A DNA stretch of 49,206 nucleotides from Actinomycetes bacterium. GTDB taxonomy: Bacteria; Actinomycetota; Actinomycetes; S36-B12; UBA5976. How positions within the stretch are numbered: position 1 is the first letter of the stretch; each line of letters opens with the position of its first letter. Below the pieces are notes generated by a model. The model was not told the DNA's origin. It was given only the letters and a program-made list of their open reading frames with translations, and did no database searches. The stretch is from positions 1-49,206 of the forward strand of contig JBAXRV010000004.1 in NCBI GenBank assembly GCA_037131045.1, written 5' to 3'. This document shows, in pieces, positions 18,370-27,553 of this stretch. A program made the position numbers and the translations under genes.

Positions 18370-21257
18370 GCGGTTACAAAATCTTCGATTGGCGGACAAG
18401 CGCAAACAAGGTTGCGGTCACCATATGCACCATCGATGCGACGAACCGGTACCCAGTATTTGCGTTCCCGCAAACTTGCCACTGGATAAGCGCCTTCTTC
18501 GCGAGTGTAAGCGTGATCCCAATCACCCAGCAAAAATTCAGCAGTGTGAGGCGCATGATGCAATGGGTTATCTGCAAGCGGCCACTCGCCTGCTGCAACC
18601 TTATTGATCTCCGCGCGAATTGCCTTCATTGCTGTAATGAAACGATCGAGTTCGAAAAGTGATTCACTTTCTGTCGGTTCAATCATCAACGTTCCTGCAA
18701 CTGGGAACGACATCGTTGGAGCGTGGAATCCAAAATCAACAAGACGCTTTGCAACGTCATCAACAGATACACCTGTGTCTGCTGTGATCTTTCGCAGATC
18801 CAAGATGCATTCGTGAGCTACAAGACCATTGTTACCTTTGTAAAGCACAGGGAAATCAGCATCCAAATGACGAGCGATATAATTAGCGGACGCAACAGCA
18901 ACCTGAGTTGCTTTGGTCAGCCCTTCCCCGCCCATCATGCGGATGTACGCCCAAGGAATCATCAAGATTCCAGCGCTTCCCCAAGGAGCGCCACTGACAG
19001 CCCCTACTCCACCGTCAGCGTGACCACGACCAGTCGGACCTGATTCAGGACGAAGCGGATGTGAGGGAAGGTACGGCGCAAGATGTGAACGCACTGCAAC
19101 TGGACCAACACCTGGTCCCCCACCACCGTGAGGAATTGCAAAAGTTTTGTGCAAGTTCAAGTGCGATACATCTGCACCGAACTTGCCTGGCTTTGCCAGA
19201 CCAACGAGCGCGTTGAGGTTTGCACCATCGACATAGACCTGTCCACCGGCATCATGCACCATTGCGCAGATGTCTTGGATTGTGGCTTCGTATACACCGT
19301 GTGTCGAAGGGTAAGTCACCATCAACGCCGCAATGTTATTTCCGTGAGCCAGAATCTTGTGCTTGAGATCGTCAAGATCTACGTTGCCAAAATCATCACA
19401 TGCAACAACAGCAACCCGCATGCCTGCCATCACGGCTGAAGCAGCGTTAGTACCGTGTGCCGAACTCGGAATCAAACATACGTCGCGATGCTGATCGCCT
19501 CGCGATGTGTGATACGCCCGAATCGCTAGCAAGCCGGCGAATTCCCCTTGTGAGCCAGCGTTGGGTTGCAGTGACACAGCGTCATACCCTGTCACTTCAA
19601 CGAGCCAGGCTTCTAGTTGCTTAATCATCGTCATGTAGCCCTGCACCGAATCAAGCGGAGCAAACGGATGAATCTGAGCAAACTCTGGCCACGTGACGGC
19701 TTCCATTTCACTTGTTGCATTAAGTTTCATCGTGCACGATCCCAATGGAATCATTGAGCGATCAAGTGCAATGTCTTTATCGGACAGTGATCGTAAGTAA
19801 CGCAGCATCGCGGTTTCGCTGTGGTGTGAATTGAATACTGGATTGGTTAAGAACGTTGAAGTGCGGTGCAATGGCGCAGGCAAAACGTTCGACTCATCAA
19901 CGCTGTCGTAGCTTGATGGGTAGTCGCCGGCAATCTGAGATGCAAAACTTTCCCAAACGAGTTCAACGCTTTCTGGGCTGGTCGTCTCATCGACACTGAT
20001 CGCGAGTGTGTCGTTATCAACAAGCCAGAGCAAGATGCCACGTTCCCGCGCAGCATCCAAAATCTGCGCTGCCTTATTTGGAACTGATACCCGAATAGTG
20101 TCAAAGAATGTATCTGAGACGGTTAAGCCAGCGCGAATCAAACCACTGGCTAACGCGGTTGCGCGACCATGTACGTCTTGTGCAATACGAATGAGACCTT
20201 GTGGACCGTGGTACACCGCGTACATGGATGCCATGACGGCCAGAAGAACTTGAGCAGTACAAATGTTGCTCGTTGCTTTGTCACGGCGAATGTGTTGTTC
20301 ACGAGTTTGCAGGGCAAGTCGATATGCCTTCTTGCCATCAACGTCAACGCTGACGCCAACAAGACGTCCTGGCATTGATCGTTCAAGTCCGGTGCGAACT
20401 GCCATAAATCCAGCGTGTGGACCGCCAAACGCCATCGGCACACCGAATCGTTGTGATGAACCCACAGCAATGTCGGCGCCCTGTTCGCCTGGTGAGGTCA
20501 ACACCGTCAAAGCAAGTAGGTCGGTGACAACACCGACAAGAGTGTCGCCACGGTGCGCAGCAGCAATGAGTGGACGAAGGTCACGTACTCGGCCGGAACT
20601 TCCCGGATAACTCAGGAGAAGTCCGAAGCTCTCCCCGATTGTCGTTGTCTGATCAACATCAATGATTTGTATATCAATTCCAAGTGGTTCGGCACGAGTA
20701 GCGAGAACTGACAATGTTTGCGGATGTGTATCGGCATCAACAAAGAAAACATCTGATGATGACTTACTTGATCGTTTCATCAATGTCATTGCTTCGGCGG
20801 CCGCTGTGGACTCGTCCAGAAGCGAAGCACTCGAGATATCAAGACCCGTGAGCTCGATGATCATGGTTTGAAAATTCAATAGGGCTTCAAGACGACCTTG
20901 AGAAATTTCTGGTTGGTAGGGCGTGTAGGCCGTGTACCAGGCGGGGTTCTCGGTGATGTTGCGCAAAATTACGCCGGGCGTATGAGTTCCGTAATACCCA
21001 AGACCAATCATTGGAGTTAGTACTTCATTGGCACTGGCTAACACCCGCAACTCGGCTAATGTCTGTGCCTCTGTTGCGCCTTGTGCAATAGCTAGCGGTG
21101 CGGGATTTTGGATGTTGACTGGAACGGCGTCACGTGACAGTTCATCGAGTGTCGCGTACCCCAGGAAACCAAGGATGTGTTGCATTTCAGATGCATTTGG
21201 CCCAATGTGACGATCAGCAAATTGGGAATAAGAAGCGCTATGAGTGTGAACAGACAT
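18366..21257 (-). CDS. gcvP: Glycine dehydrogenase (decarboxylating), glycine cleavage P protein
   Basis: 963 aa with [47 protein letters not shown]-lysine motif HLNLHKTF and C-terminal [11 protein letters not shown]. Confidence 0.97.
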   Translation of the reverse strand: MSVHTHSASYSQFADRHIGPNASEMQHILGFLGYATLDELSRDAVPVNIQNPAPLAIAQGATEAQTLAELRVLASANEVLTPMIGLGYYGTHTPGVILRNITENPAWYTAYTPYQPEISQGRLEALLNFQTMIIELTGLDISSASLLDESTAAAEAMTLMKRSSKSSSDVFFVDADTHPQTLSVLATRAEPLGIDIQIIDVDQTTTIGESFGLLLSYPGSSGRVRDLRPLIAAAHRGDTLVGVVTDLLALTVLTSPGEQGADIAVGSSQRFGVPMAFGGPHAGFMAVRTGLERSMPGRLVGVSVDVDGKKAYRLALQTREQHIRRDKATSNICTAQVLLAVMASMYAVYHGPQGLIRIAQDVHGRATALASGLIRAGLTVSDTFFDTIRVSVPNKAAQILDAARERGILLWLVDNDTLAISVDETTSPESVELVWESFASQIAGDYPSSYDSVDESNVLPAPLHRTSTFLTNPVFNSHHSETAMLRYLRSLSDKDIALDRSMIPLGSCTMKLNATSEMEAVTWPEFAQIHPFAPLDSVQGYMTMIKQLEAWLVEVTGYDAVSLQPNAGSQGEFAGLLAIRAYHTSRGDQHRDVCLIPSSAHGTNAASAVMAGMRVAVVACDDFGNVDLDDLKHKILAHGNNIAALMVTYPSTHGVYEATIQDICAMVHDAGGQVYVDGANLNALVGLAKPGKFGADVSHLNLHKTFAIPHGGGGPGVGPVAVRSHLAPYLPSHPLRPESGPTGRGHADGGVGAVSGAPWGSAGILMIPWAYIRMMGGEGLTKATQVAVASANYIARHLDADFPVLYKGNNGLVAHECILDLRKITADTGVSVDDVAKRLVDFGFHAPTMSFPVAGTLMIEPTESESLFELDRFITAMKAIRAEINKVAAGEWPLADNPLHHAPHTAEFLLGDWDHAYTREEGAYPVASLRERKYWVPVRRIDGAYGDRNLVCACPPIEDFVTA

Positions 21258-21273
21258 GTAGTACCCCGATATT

Positions 21274-21302
21274 GAAGAGAAAAGACCAATTAAGGTCTCT
21301 CC
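21274..21302 (-). terminator. Candidate terminator forming the riboswitch expression platform
   Basis: - strand hairpin GAGAGACC-TTAATT-GGTCTTTT followed by pyrimidine-rich CTCTTC, located between the riboswitch and the gcvP start. Confidence 0.45.
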
Positions 21303-21420
21303 CCATCTGTCGCGGTCGCTTCAGAGGCGCTGATTCCACATGGTCCTTTGTGCCTGAGAGGTTCTGGGGAGCATTGCCCCTTCGGCGGTGTACTCGAGGC
21401 ACACTCTCTCCCACACGGAA
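21300..21420 (-). ncRNA. Glycine riboswitch (single aptamer plus short 3' 'ghost' aptamer stem)
   Basis: The - strand reads TTCCGTGTG-GGAGAG..CGCCGAAGGGGCAA..AACCTCTCAGGCACAAAGGAC-CATGTGGAA (aptamer 21420-21334), then CTCTGAAG..ACAGA. It lies directly upstream of gcvP, with a TAAAGT -10-like hexamer at 21442-21437. Confidence 0.92.
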
Positions 21421-21476
21421 TCACTAGCTGGGAACTACTTTAGCGGTAGATAAGAAGAAAAATCAGGAGGTAGGGA

Positions 21477-22097
21477 CTATTCGCCGATTGCCCGGGCACG
21501 TCGTCGCGCTGACAATTCATCAGTACTCGACTCCACGTCAACTTCACCGCTAGTCGACATCTCACCAGGCAACTGTGCCAGGCTTCCTTCAATTTCTTGC
21601 CACACTCTGCCCACAGCAATACCAAAGACGCCCTGGCCACCCATGAGCAAGTCGATGACTTCATCGCGTGAGGTACATTCGTAAACGCTGGCACCGTCGC
21701 TCATCAGAGTTACTTGAGTCAGGTCAGTTGTTCCGCGATGCCGCAGGTGTTCTACTGCTGTGCGGATCTGTTGCAATGAGACTCCCGTGTCCAGAAGTCG
21801 TTTAACAATTTTTAGTTCCAAAATGTCGCGAAAGCCGTATAGCCGAGCAGTGCCAGAACCAGTTGCAGGACGCACTGTAGGACTGACCAAACCTGTGCGG
21901 GCCCAGTAGTCGAGCTGACGATATGTGATGCCCACTACTCCAGCGGCAACAGGTCCGCGGTATCCAATTTCAGGTATGAAATCACTGTCGGGGTTATCAA
22001 ACAATAAGCCTTGTGCCCCAGCCTTGATGGCCGCTGCGTCCCGAGCTATCTCGCGGTGCTCGTCAGCCGCTGGCGTTAAACCATTCATATCCGACAT
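21477..22097 (-). CDS. MerR-family regulator, Rv1830 (McdR/ResR) ortholog
   Basis: Motifs GYRGP....GITYRQLDYWARTGLV.P, LLDTGVSLQQIR and TLMSDGASVYECTS.DEVIDLL.GGQGVFGIA; synteny with Rv1828-Rv1830. Confidence 0.9.
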   Translation of the reverse strand: MSDMNGLTPAADEHREIARDAAAIKAGAQGLLFDNPDSDFIPEIGYRGPVAAGVVGITYRQLDYWARTGLVSPTVRPATGSGTARLYGFRDILELKIVKRLLDTGVSLQQIRTAVEHLRHRGTTDLTQVTLMSDGASVYECTSRDEVIDLLMGGQGVFGIAVGRVWQEIEGSLAQLPGEMSTSGEVDVESSTDELSARRRARAIGE

Positions 22098-22158
22098 AAC
22101 CCACTCCTAGGTGGAAACAGGGCGATGTGGTCTCATCACGGGGAACCTGTGTTCCATC

Positions 22159-22250
22159 ACAGTATGGCGACACGTGGTTCAGGTCAACGACAAACGCCCA
22201 CGACACGCCGAACTCTCACCCTAAACCTCAAGTGTAGAGTCAGAGTTGAG
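22159..22250 (-). promoter_or_regulatory. Promoter region of the Rv1830-like gene: sigma-A -35/-10, GACAC motifs and an imperfect inverted repeat
   Basis: TTGACC (22187-22182), 17-nt spacer, TACTGT (22164-22159). GACAC at 22169 and GACACGCC at 22202 on +. Inverted repeat 22211-22223 / 22235-22247 matching 11 of 13. Confidence 0.6.
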
Positions 22251-22304
22251 ACCTAGCGGCCCGAAAAACCAGGTTATGTGACGCATCCAGGCCACGAACC
22301 GGAC

Positions 22305-22775
22305 CTAAAAGTCTTCTGGATTGATTTCATCCAGAAACGCGCGAAACCGTTCAAGTTCCTCTTGATCATCGATTTCCTCGTCCTGCGACGTGATGTCAAG
22401 CCCCGCAATATCCATGACTTCCGCATTGACCAAAACCGGCACACCAGAGCGAACCGCTAACGCGATGGCGTCAGAAGGACGCGCGCTAATGCTGTCGTGC
22501 GCTGCGAAATTCAAAGTGGCGTAGAAGATGCCATCGACCAGTTCAGACACCGTGACTGATACCAGTTTGGCCCCTAGGTGGGCAATGGTGTGGTTCAGCA
22601 AGTCATGCGTAAGAGGCCGCGGGGTTGAAACACCATCGAGAGCTATGGAAATCGCGGTTGCTTCGCTGGTACCGATCCACAGCGGTAGGTACCGAGAGTT
22701 TTCGGTATCACGCAGAATGAGGACTGGTTGGTTGGAAACCTCGAGTCGAATACCGACAACCTCTACGGGAATCAT
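22305..22775 (-). CDS. Bifunctional nuclease family protein (DUF151, Rv1829-like)
   Basis: Motifs RYLPLWIG..EA.AI, RPLTHDL, ARPSDAIALA and FRAFLDEINPEDF. Confidence 0.92.
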   Translation of the reverse strand: MIPVEVVGIRLEVSNQPVLILRDTENSRYLPLWIGTSEATAISIALDGVSTPRPLTHDLLNHTIAHLGAKLVSVTVSELVDGIFYATLNFAAHDSISARPSDAIALAVRSGVPVLVNAEVMDIAGLDITSQDEEIDDQEELERFRAFLDEINPEDF

Positions 22776-22796
22776 AAGAGTGAGTCTAGAGCGTGA

Positions 22797-23519
22797 CTAG
22801 CGCTGTTGTTCAATCAAACTTCGCACGAGTAGTTCATGCAGCGCGACCACAGATGTGGCAAGTTGAATGGTGAGTTCCTCGGATTCCACAAGTGAGGCCG
22901 GATTCTTGCCAGAACGAGCGGACTTAATAATGGGAGCAAACAGATCGAGTTCGCGGCTAGCGCTGGACAGCACGGTCTTAAGGTGGCGCGCCTCCAGACC
23001 AAATTCATTCAAGGACTGTGCAACTCTGGCGATGTTGAGCCCAATGGAATCGAAGTAGCCTGCCTGGTCACTCACGAGCAAGCCAAAATCAATCAACTCC
23101 CTGGCCAGGGCATCGGTAGCGCCAGAGCTCTCGACCAGTTCGTCCAAAGTCAGCCGCACAGATGTGGGAATGGCAGACGAGGCTAAAGCGTCCGTACTCA
23201 GTAAATTTCGTGGCGGAGTGGGTTTAGTGTCCCCTACTGTTGGCGGTTCCAGACCGCGGTCCATTGCCTCGATGTGATCCCTGATTACACGCAGTGGCAA
23301 AAAATGGTCGCGCTGCATCCGCAGTATGTAACGAAGCCGGTCTACGTCAATAACCGAAAACTTGCGGTAGCCACTTGCGGTGCGTGACGGTGCAATCAGT
23401 CCGTGAGCTTCTAAGAAACGTATTTTAGATATTGAAATGTCGGAAAATTCATCGCGCAATCGCGTGAGAACTTCACCGATACTGAATAAGCCCGCCGATT
23501 GCGGCTGTGATTGCGCCAT
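22797..23519 (-). CDS. ftsR: MerR-family regulator FtsR (Rv1828 ortholog)
   Basis: Motif SIGEVL..L..EF.DISISKIRFLE..GLI.P.RT.SGYRKF..LR.QRDHFLPL.VI. The start is placed at ATG 23519, immediately after the garA stop. Confidence 0.85.
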   Translation of the reverse strand: MAQSQPQSAGLFSIGEVLTRLRDEFSDISISKIRFLEAHGLIAPSRTASGYRKFSVIDVDRLRYILRMQRDHFLPLRVIRDHIEAMDRGLEPPTVGDTKPTPPRNLLSTDALASSAIPTSVRLTLDELVESSGATDALARELIDFGLLVSDQAGYFDSIGLNIARVAQSLNEFGLEARHLKTVLSSASRELDLFAPIIKSARSGKNPASLVESEELTIQLATSVVALHELLVRSLIEQQR

Positions 23520-23520
23520 G

Positions 23521-24018
23521 TTATTCGCCGCTTGCGGCAGATAAGAACACGAATCGGTATTTACCGATTTGAACTTCGTCTTCATCGACCAGAGCGATGG
23601 ATTCAACTCGTTCGCGATTTACATAAGTCCCATTGAGACTGCCCGCATCTGCGATGACCCAACCCGACGAAGCGTGCGTGACTTGTGCATGTTTGCGCGA
23701 GACGGTCACATCATCCAAGAAAATTGAGCTATCGGGTGTTCTGCCGATTGTGATGGGTTCTAGATCTCTGATGTCCAGCGGATAACGTACTCCTTCAAGG
23801 GCGCCACGCTTCACCACCAGTACGGCTGAGCCTGCTGGCAAGACTGTGAACCCGTTGATATCACCTACCCGGATATCGCCAGTGTCAGGATCGGAGGTAA
23901 TCGGGATGATTCGGGTGTCGGTTGACGTGGCGCCTACATCTAATGACGAGCCACAGGAAGAGCAGAACCGTGCGTCATCGTCATCGGCGTGACCGCAGGT
24001 GATACACACAACTGACAT
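23521..24018 (-). CDS. garA: FHA-domain protein (GarA/OdhI-like) with N-terminal zinc ribbon
   Basis: CxxC..CxxC N-terminus; FHA motifs IGR.PDS.IFLDDVTVSRKHA, GSLNGTYVNR and DEVQIGKYR; located between gcvH and ftsR. Confidence 0.82.
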   Translation of the reverse strand: MSVVCITCGHADDDDARFCSSCGSSLDVGATSTDTRIIPITSDPDTGDIRVGDINGFTVLPAGSAVLVVKRGALEGVRYPLDIRDLEPITIGRTPDSSIFLDDVTVSRKHAQVTHASSGWVIADAGSLNGTYVNRERVESIALVDEDEVQIGKYRFVFLSAASGE

Positions 24019-24027
24019 AGCGATGTC

Positions 24028-24417
24028 CTAGTGGTTTGTAATTGCCTGGTAGCCCGCAGCATCCAACAAGTCAGCCAGCGCTGCCTGGGAATCGGTTACC
24101 GTGACTTCAACGAGCCAACCATTTCCGTAAGGGTCGCTGTTGAGCACCTCGGGTGAGGTCTCGGTGGCATCATTGCGGGCAGAAACTGTGCCAGATACGG
24201 GAGCGTAAATATCACTGACGCTCTTTGTCGACTCGACTTCGCCGCAGGTACCGCCTGCTTCAAGGGTGGCGCCGACATTGGGCAAACTGACAAATACGAT
24301 GTCACCCAAGGCATCTTGGGCGAAGTCCGTAATGCCAAATTGGACTGTCGTGGCATCAACTACGCGAACCCACTCATGCTCGGAGGTGTATCGCAGATCA
24401 CTTGGGATGTTACTCAT
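24028..24417 (-). CDS. gcvH: Glycine cleavage system H protein
   Basis: Motifs YT.EHEW, GITDFAQDALGDIVFV, lipoyl-Lys motif EVESTKSVSD and NSDPYG.GW. Confidence 0.97.
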   Translation of the reverse strand: MSNIPSDLRYTSEHEWVRVVDATTVQFGITDFAQDALGDIVFVSLPNVGATLEAGGTCGEVESTKSVSDIYAPVSGTVSARNDATETSPEVLNSDPYGNGWLVEVTVTDSQAALADLLDAAGYQAITNH

Positions 24418-24440
24418 GGATTTAGCGTACGGTACGAGCC

Positions 24441-25163
24441 TCAGGAAACGGGCATCGGGACTACTGCTGAAATGTTGATGTCGTCTGCACTGGTGATGTT
24501 TACCGTGCCGCCCCCGGACCCGACCGTATCGACGAGTCCGCCTGGGATTTGAATCGCTGGAACGATCACGCTTGAATCACCGATTACTGACAAAGTAATG
24601 GGAACTTTGAGCGCTGTGCCCGAGACTGTCACACCACTTGGGCTTGTGCTAAACCAAGTGTTCGCCACGATGCGCACATCCAAGTTGCTATCCGAAATTT
24701 GAATTGCGGTTGCCCCGGCATCGCGAAGTTCTTGCATCGCATCGATCAGCGTTGATGCAGTGAGATTTCCCGAAATCACGATGGAAACCCCCGAGCCAAG
24801 TACGGGTTCGGTACCAGCTAACAGACCCAGTGCTTTGGCACGGAGTTTGGCCTCATTTAAAGCCTGGTACTGATCGCCGCCCAGCAGGGTTTCCCTGGAT
24901 GTTTCAAGTCGGGAAATTTCGGATTGCAGGCGTGCCTCACGCTGTGCCAAATCATCAAGCACACTCACCAAATCACTTTGCCGAGCGTTCGATAACAACG
25001 TATCTGCCGAGGAACCGCGCAGCGCGGCAGTTGTAGCAAAACCAAGAAGTATAAACAAGACCGTGATCATGGCCTGCGTACGACTCAATTGGGGTTTGAG
25101 CGTGCGCAATAATCTCAGTCGCGCTTCAGCTGCAGTTCGCGCCGGACGCGGCGCACTATGCAT
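24441..25163 (-). CDS. DUF881 membrane protein (Rv1825-like)
   Basis: One TM helix, a coiled coil, GLLAGT..V.G.G, QELRDAGA.AIQI and IPGG; the start is placed at ATG 25163 to avoid overlap. Confidence 0.82.
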   Translation of the reverse strand: MHSAPRPARTAAEARLRLLRTLKPQLSRTQAMITVLFILLGFATTAALRGSSADTLLSNARQSDLVSVLDDLAQREARLQSEISRLETSRETLLGGDQYQALNEAKLRAKALGLLAGTEPVLGSGVSIVISGNLTASTLIDAMQELRDAGATAIQISDSNLDVRIVANTWFSTSPSGVTVSGTALKVPITLSVIGDSSVIVPAIQIPGGLVDTVGSGGGTVNITSADDINISAVVPMPVS

Positions 25164-25170
25164 ACCCACG

Positions 25171-25503
25171 TTAAGCCTTAAGTAAGTGGCGCCTGATGGC
25201 GGCGACATTGGCGAAAATACGCATCGTCAAAACAACGACAACACCCGTAGACATTTGCGAGCCCACACCGAGTTGGTCACCAAGAAAAACAATCAGTGCC
25301 GCCACAACAACATTTGATGCAAAGGAAATCACGAAAATTCGGTCATTAAAGATGCCGTCCAACACGGAGCGAAACGCACCGAAAACCGCGTCGAGGGCCG
25401 CAACAATGGCAATCGGTAGGTAGGGCTGTAACCACAGGGGAACCGTTGGATGCAGGAACAATCCCAATAGAACTCCGACGAGCAGACCAAGTGCAGGTAT
25501 CAC
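25171..25503 (-). CDS. Small basic protein family membrane protein (DUF1290, Rv1824-like)
   Basis: Motifs PYLPIAIVAALDAVFG, FVISF.SN, LGDQLGVG and RIF.N.AAIRR; lies between the two DUF881 genes. Confidence 0.88.
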   Translation of the reverse strand: MIPALGLLVGVLLGLFLHPTVPLWLQPYLPIAIVAALDAVFGAFRSVLDGIFNDRIFVISFASNVVVAALIVFLGDQLGVGSQMSTGVVVVLTMRIFANVAAIRRHLLKA

Positions 25504-25509
25504 GGTGTG

Positions 25510-26301
25510 CTATCCCCCGCTTCCAGAGTTCTCAGTCGTTGCGCCTGGCAGCGTAACGCTTCCGATGGTTTGTAAGTCCCAGTTTATGCCGTAGCTCGTG
25601 TGCAACTGTTCAAGCTGCAAACCGGCTGAGCTCTCTCGGAATCGTCCCGCTAACGCGTCCGCTCTTGGCGCGATAGCTCGTATCCGATAAGGCGCAATAA
25701 GTGGCCGGTAATTCACAAGGATCGCCGAACCAGCAGCTCGAATTGCAGAGGTTGCGGTCAACCGTCGATCGTTAATCGTGATGGCGGTAGCACCGGATTG
25801 CCATAGCCCATTGACAACTTCTTGCAAGTCTCGATCAATGACCCGACCTGGTGTCTGTGACATATCGGGCGCAGTCGGATCAATAGGAGCATCAGTCAGC
25901 ACAATCTCTATTCCAGCGCCAGTGACTGCAGTGAAGCCAGCTATTGTGCGAAGCCGGTCTAGCCGCAGTTGAGCTTGAAGCCCGAGCGAAGTGCCTGTCA
26001 AGTGTGCGGCTTCGGCCGCCTGTAGATCACGTTGGGCATTTGCAGATCGTTTTTCTAGCGTTGTGACCCGACCATCTGCTGCCTTGATTCGAGATACCAG
26101 AGCCTGACGAGTCAAACCATTTTGTTCTGCTTGGGTTGCAGTGGAATGCACTCCAAATCCAAGGAGGAAAGCTAATGCAACGGCGCTCACTCCAGCCATG
26201 ATGCGGATGATGAGACGATCTGATTGGTCAGATGCATCGCGATGATAGTCAGAAGTGAGCGCGTCGGCTAAAAGTGCATCCAGTGAAGCGTTTACGCTCA
26301 T
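25510..26301 (-). CDS. DUF881 membrane protein (Rv1823-like)
   Basis: One TM helix, a coiled coil and the motif V.DRDLQ.VVNGLW.SGA.AI.IND.RL..TSAIR.AG.AILV. Confidence 0.85.
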   Translation of the reverse strand: MSVNASLDALLADALTSDYHRDASDQSDRLIIRIMAGVSAVALAFLLGFGVHSTATQAEQNGLTRQALVSRIKAADGRVTTLEKRSANAQRDLQAAEAAHLTGTSLGLQAQLRLDRLRTIAGFTAVTGAGIEIVLTDAPIDPTAPDMSQTPGRVIDRDLQEVVNGLWQSGATAITINDRRLTATSAIRAAGSAILVNYRPLIAPYRIRAIAPRADALAGRFRESSAGLQLEQLHTSYGINWDLQTIGSVTLPGATTENSGSGG

Positions 26302-26858
26302 GCGAACAACTTAATCTTGAGATCGCGAATTTGTTGGATGTAAAGAAACGCGCCGTACCAATACATGCAGATTCCCCACACGAGGAACGCCCATCCAAAA
26401 ATATGTGCAACGTGCCCTATCTGGTTCTGAAAAGTACCGAGTAAAACCAGAGGTAAGGCATACAGCAGATTCATCGTCGCCGATTTTCCTATGAAATGCA
26501 CAGGTACACCAGTGATGCCATGACGTTTCAGACCGGCGAGCACTACTGCCATAACAAGGTCACGACTAATCAGGGCTATCGCAACCCACAGTGGAATGAT
26601 GTGACGCATACACAAAGCAACGAGCGAAGCGGCAATGTAGAGCCGATCAGCTGCCGGGTCAAGGAGTTCGCCTAACCGAGTGTGTTGATTGAGCCTTCGT
26701 GCTAAAAAGCCGTCAAGCCAATCCGTGAAGGCACTCACAATAAGAATGCCCAAAGCTAGCCCATCCTTATGTGGTCCAACAATGAGCCAAAAAAATAAGG
26801 GCACACCAAGCAGCCGCGCAAAACTTAACGCATTCGGAATATTGATGTTCGCATTCAT
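26298..26858 (-). CDS. CDP-alcohol phosphatidyltransferase (PgsA2-like)
   Basis: Motifs IPNALSFAR, TDWLDGFLARR..T.LG.LLDP.ADR and GK.AT; synteny with Rv1822. Confidence 0.9.
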   Translation of the reverse strand: MNANINIPNALSFARLLGVPLFFWLIVGPHKDGLALGILIVSAFTDWLDGFLARRLNQHTRLGELLDPAADRLYIAASLVALCMRHIIPLWVAIALISRDLVMAVVLAGLKRHGITGVPVHFIGKSATMNLLYALPLVLLGTFQNQIGHVAHIFGWAFLVWGICMYWYGAFLYIQQIRDLKIKLFA

Positions 26859-27424
26859 GGTTTAACGAACTCCGCAATAATTCCTTCAGCAACTTCCTGA
26901 ATTGATAGCCTGCGATCCATAGCTGCTTTTTGTATCCATCTAAAAGTCTCGGGTTCGGTCATGTTGAATTTCTCTTGCATCAACCCTTTGGCACGATCTA
27001 GCACCTTGCGAGTCTCGAGCGAAAGTACCAAGGCGTCGCGCTGTGATACCAACTCTTGAAAATCAGAGAACCGACTCACAGCTACTTCAATGGCTGCGAC
27101 AACTTCTGATTCAGTAAAAGGTTTCACAAGGTAACCCATGACACCAGCATCTGTGGCTTGAGCGACAATTTCAGGCTGGCCAAAAGCAGTCAAAAGCACT
27201 ACTGGTGTGGTGCTACGAACCGCTCGGGCGACCTCTATGCCATCCAGTAGTGGCATTCGCACGTCTAAAATAGCCACATCTGGCTGGGTGTCGGTGATTA
27301 TTTTTAGGGCTGCTTGACCCTGGGCTGCTTGACCAACAACGTCATAGCCTGCCGCAGTGAGGCACTCGATGAGATCCATGCGAATGATGGATTCGTCATC
27401 AGCAACGACCACGCGACGTTTCAT
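26855..27424 (-). CDS. pdtaR: ANTAR-domain response regulator (PdtaR/Rv1626-like)
   Basis: Receiver domain (ADDE, ILDVRMP.LDG, LTAF, YLVKPF) plus ANTAR domain (LETRK.LDRAKGL..F.WIQK.AMDRR); divergent from tRNA-Leu(CAA). Confidence 0.88.
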   Translation of the reverse strand: MKRRVVVADDESIIRMDLIECLTAAGYDVVGQAAQGQAALKIITDTQPDVAILDVRMPLLDGIEVARAVRSTTPVVLLTAFGQPEIVAQATDAGVMGYLVKPFTESEVVAAIEVAVSRFSDFQELVSQRDALVLSLETRKVLDRAKGLMQEKFNMTEPETFRWIQKAAMDRRLSIQEVAEGIIAEFVKP

Positions 27425-27476
27425 AGTCCTAGCCTACGGTTCGTACCGAGTTCAAGACGCGCTAATCTAGGTGAAC

Positions 27477-27553
27477 GCCCTGGTACTCCAACCGGCAGAG
27501 AGCGCGGTCTCAAACACCGTTCAGTGTGGGTTCGAATCCCACTCAGGGCACCA
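27477..27553 (+). tRNA. tRNA-Leu(CAA), 77 nt, CCA encoded
   Basis: Acceptor stem GCCCTGG/TCAGGGC, anticodon arm GCGGT-CTCAAAC-ACCGT, T arm GTGGG-TTCGAAT-CCCAC and 3' ACCA; TAATCT -10-like hexamer at 27463-27468. Confidence 0.95.
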
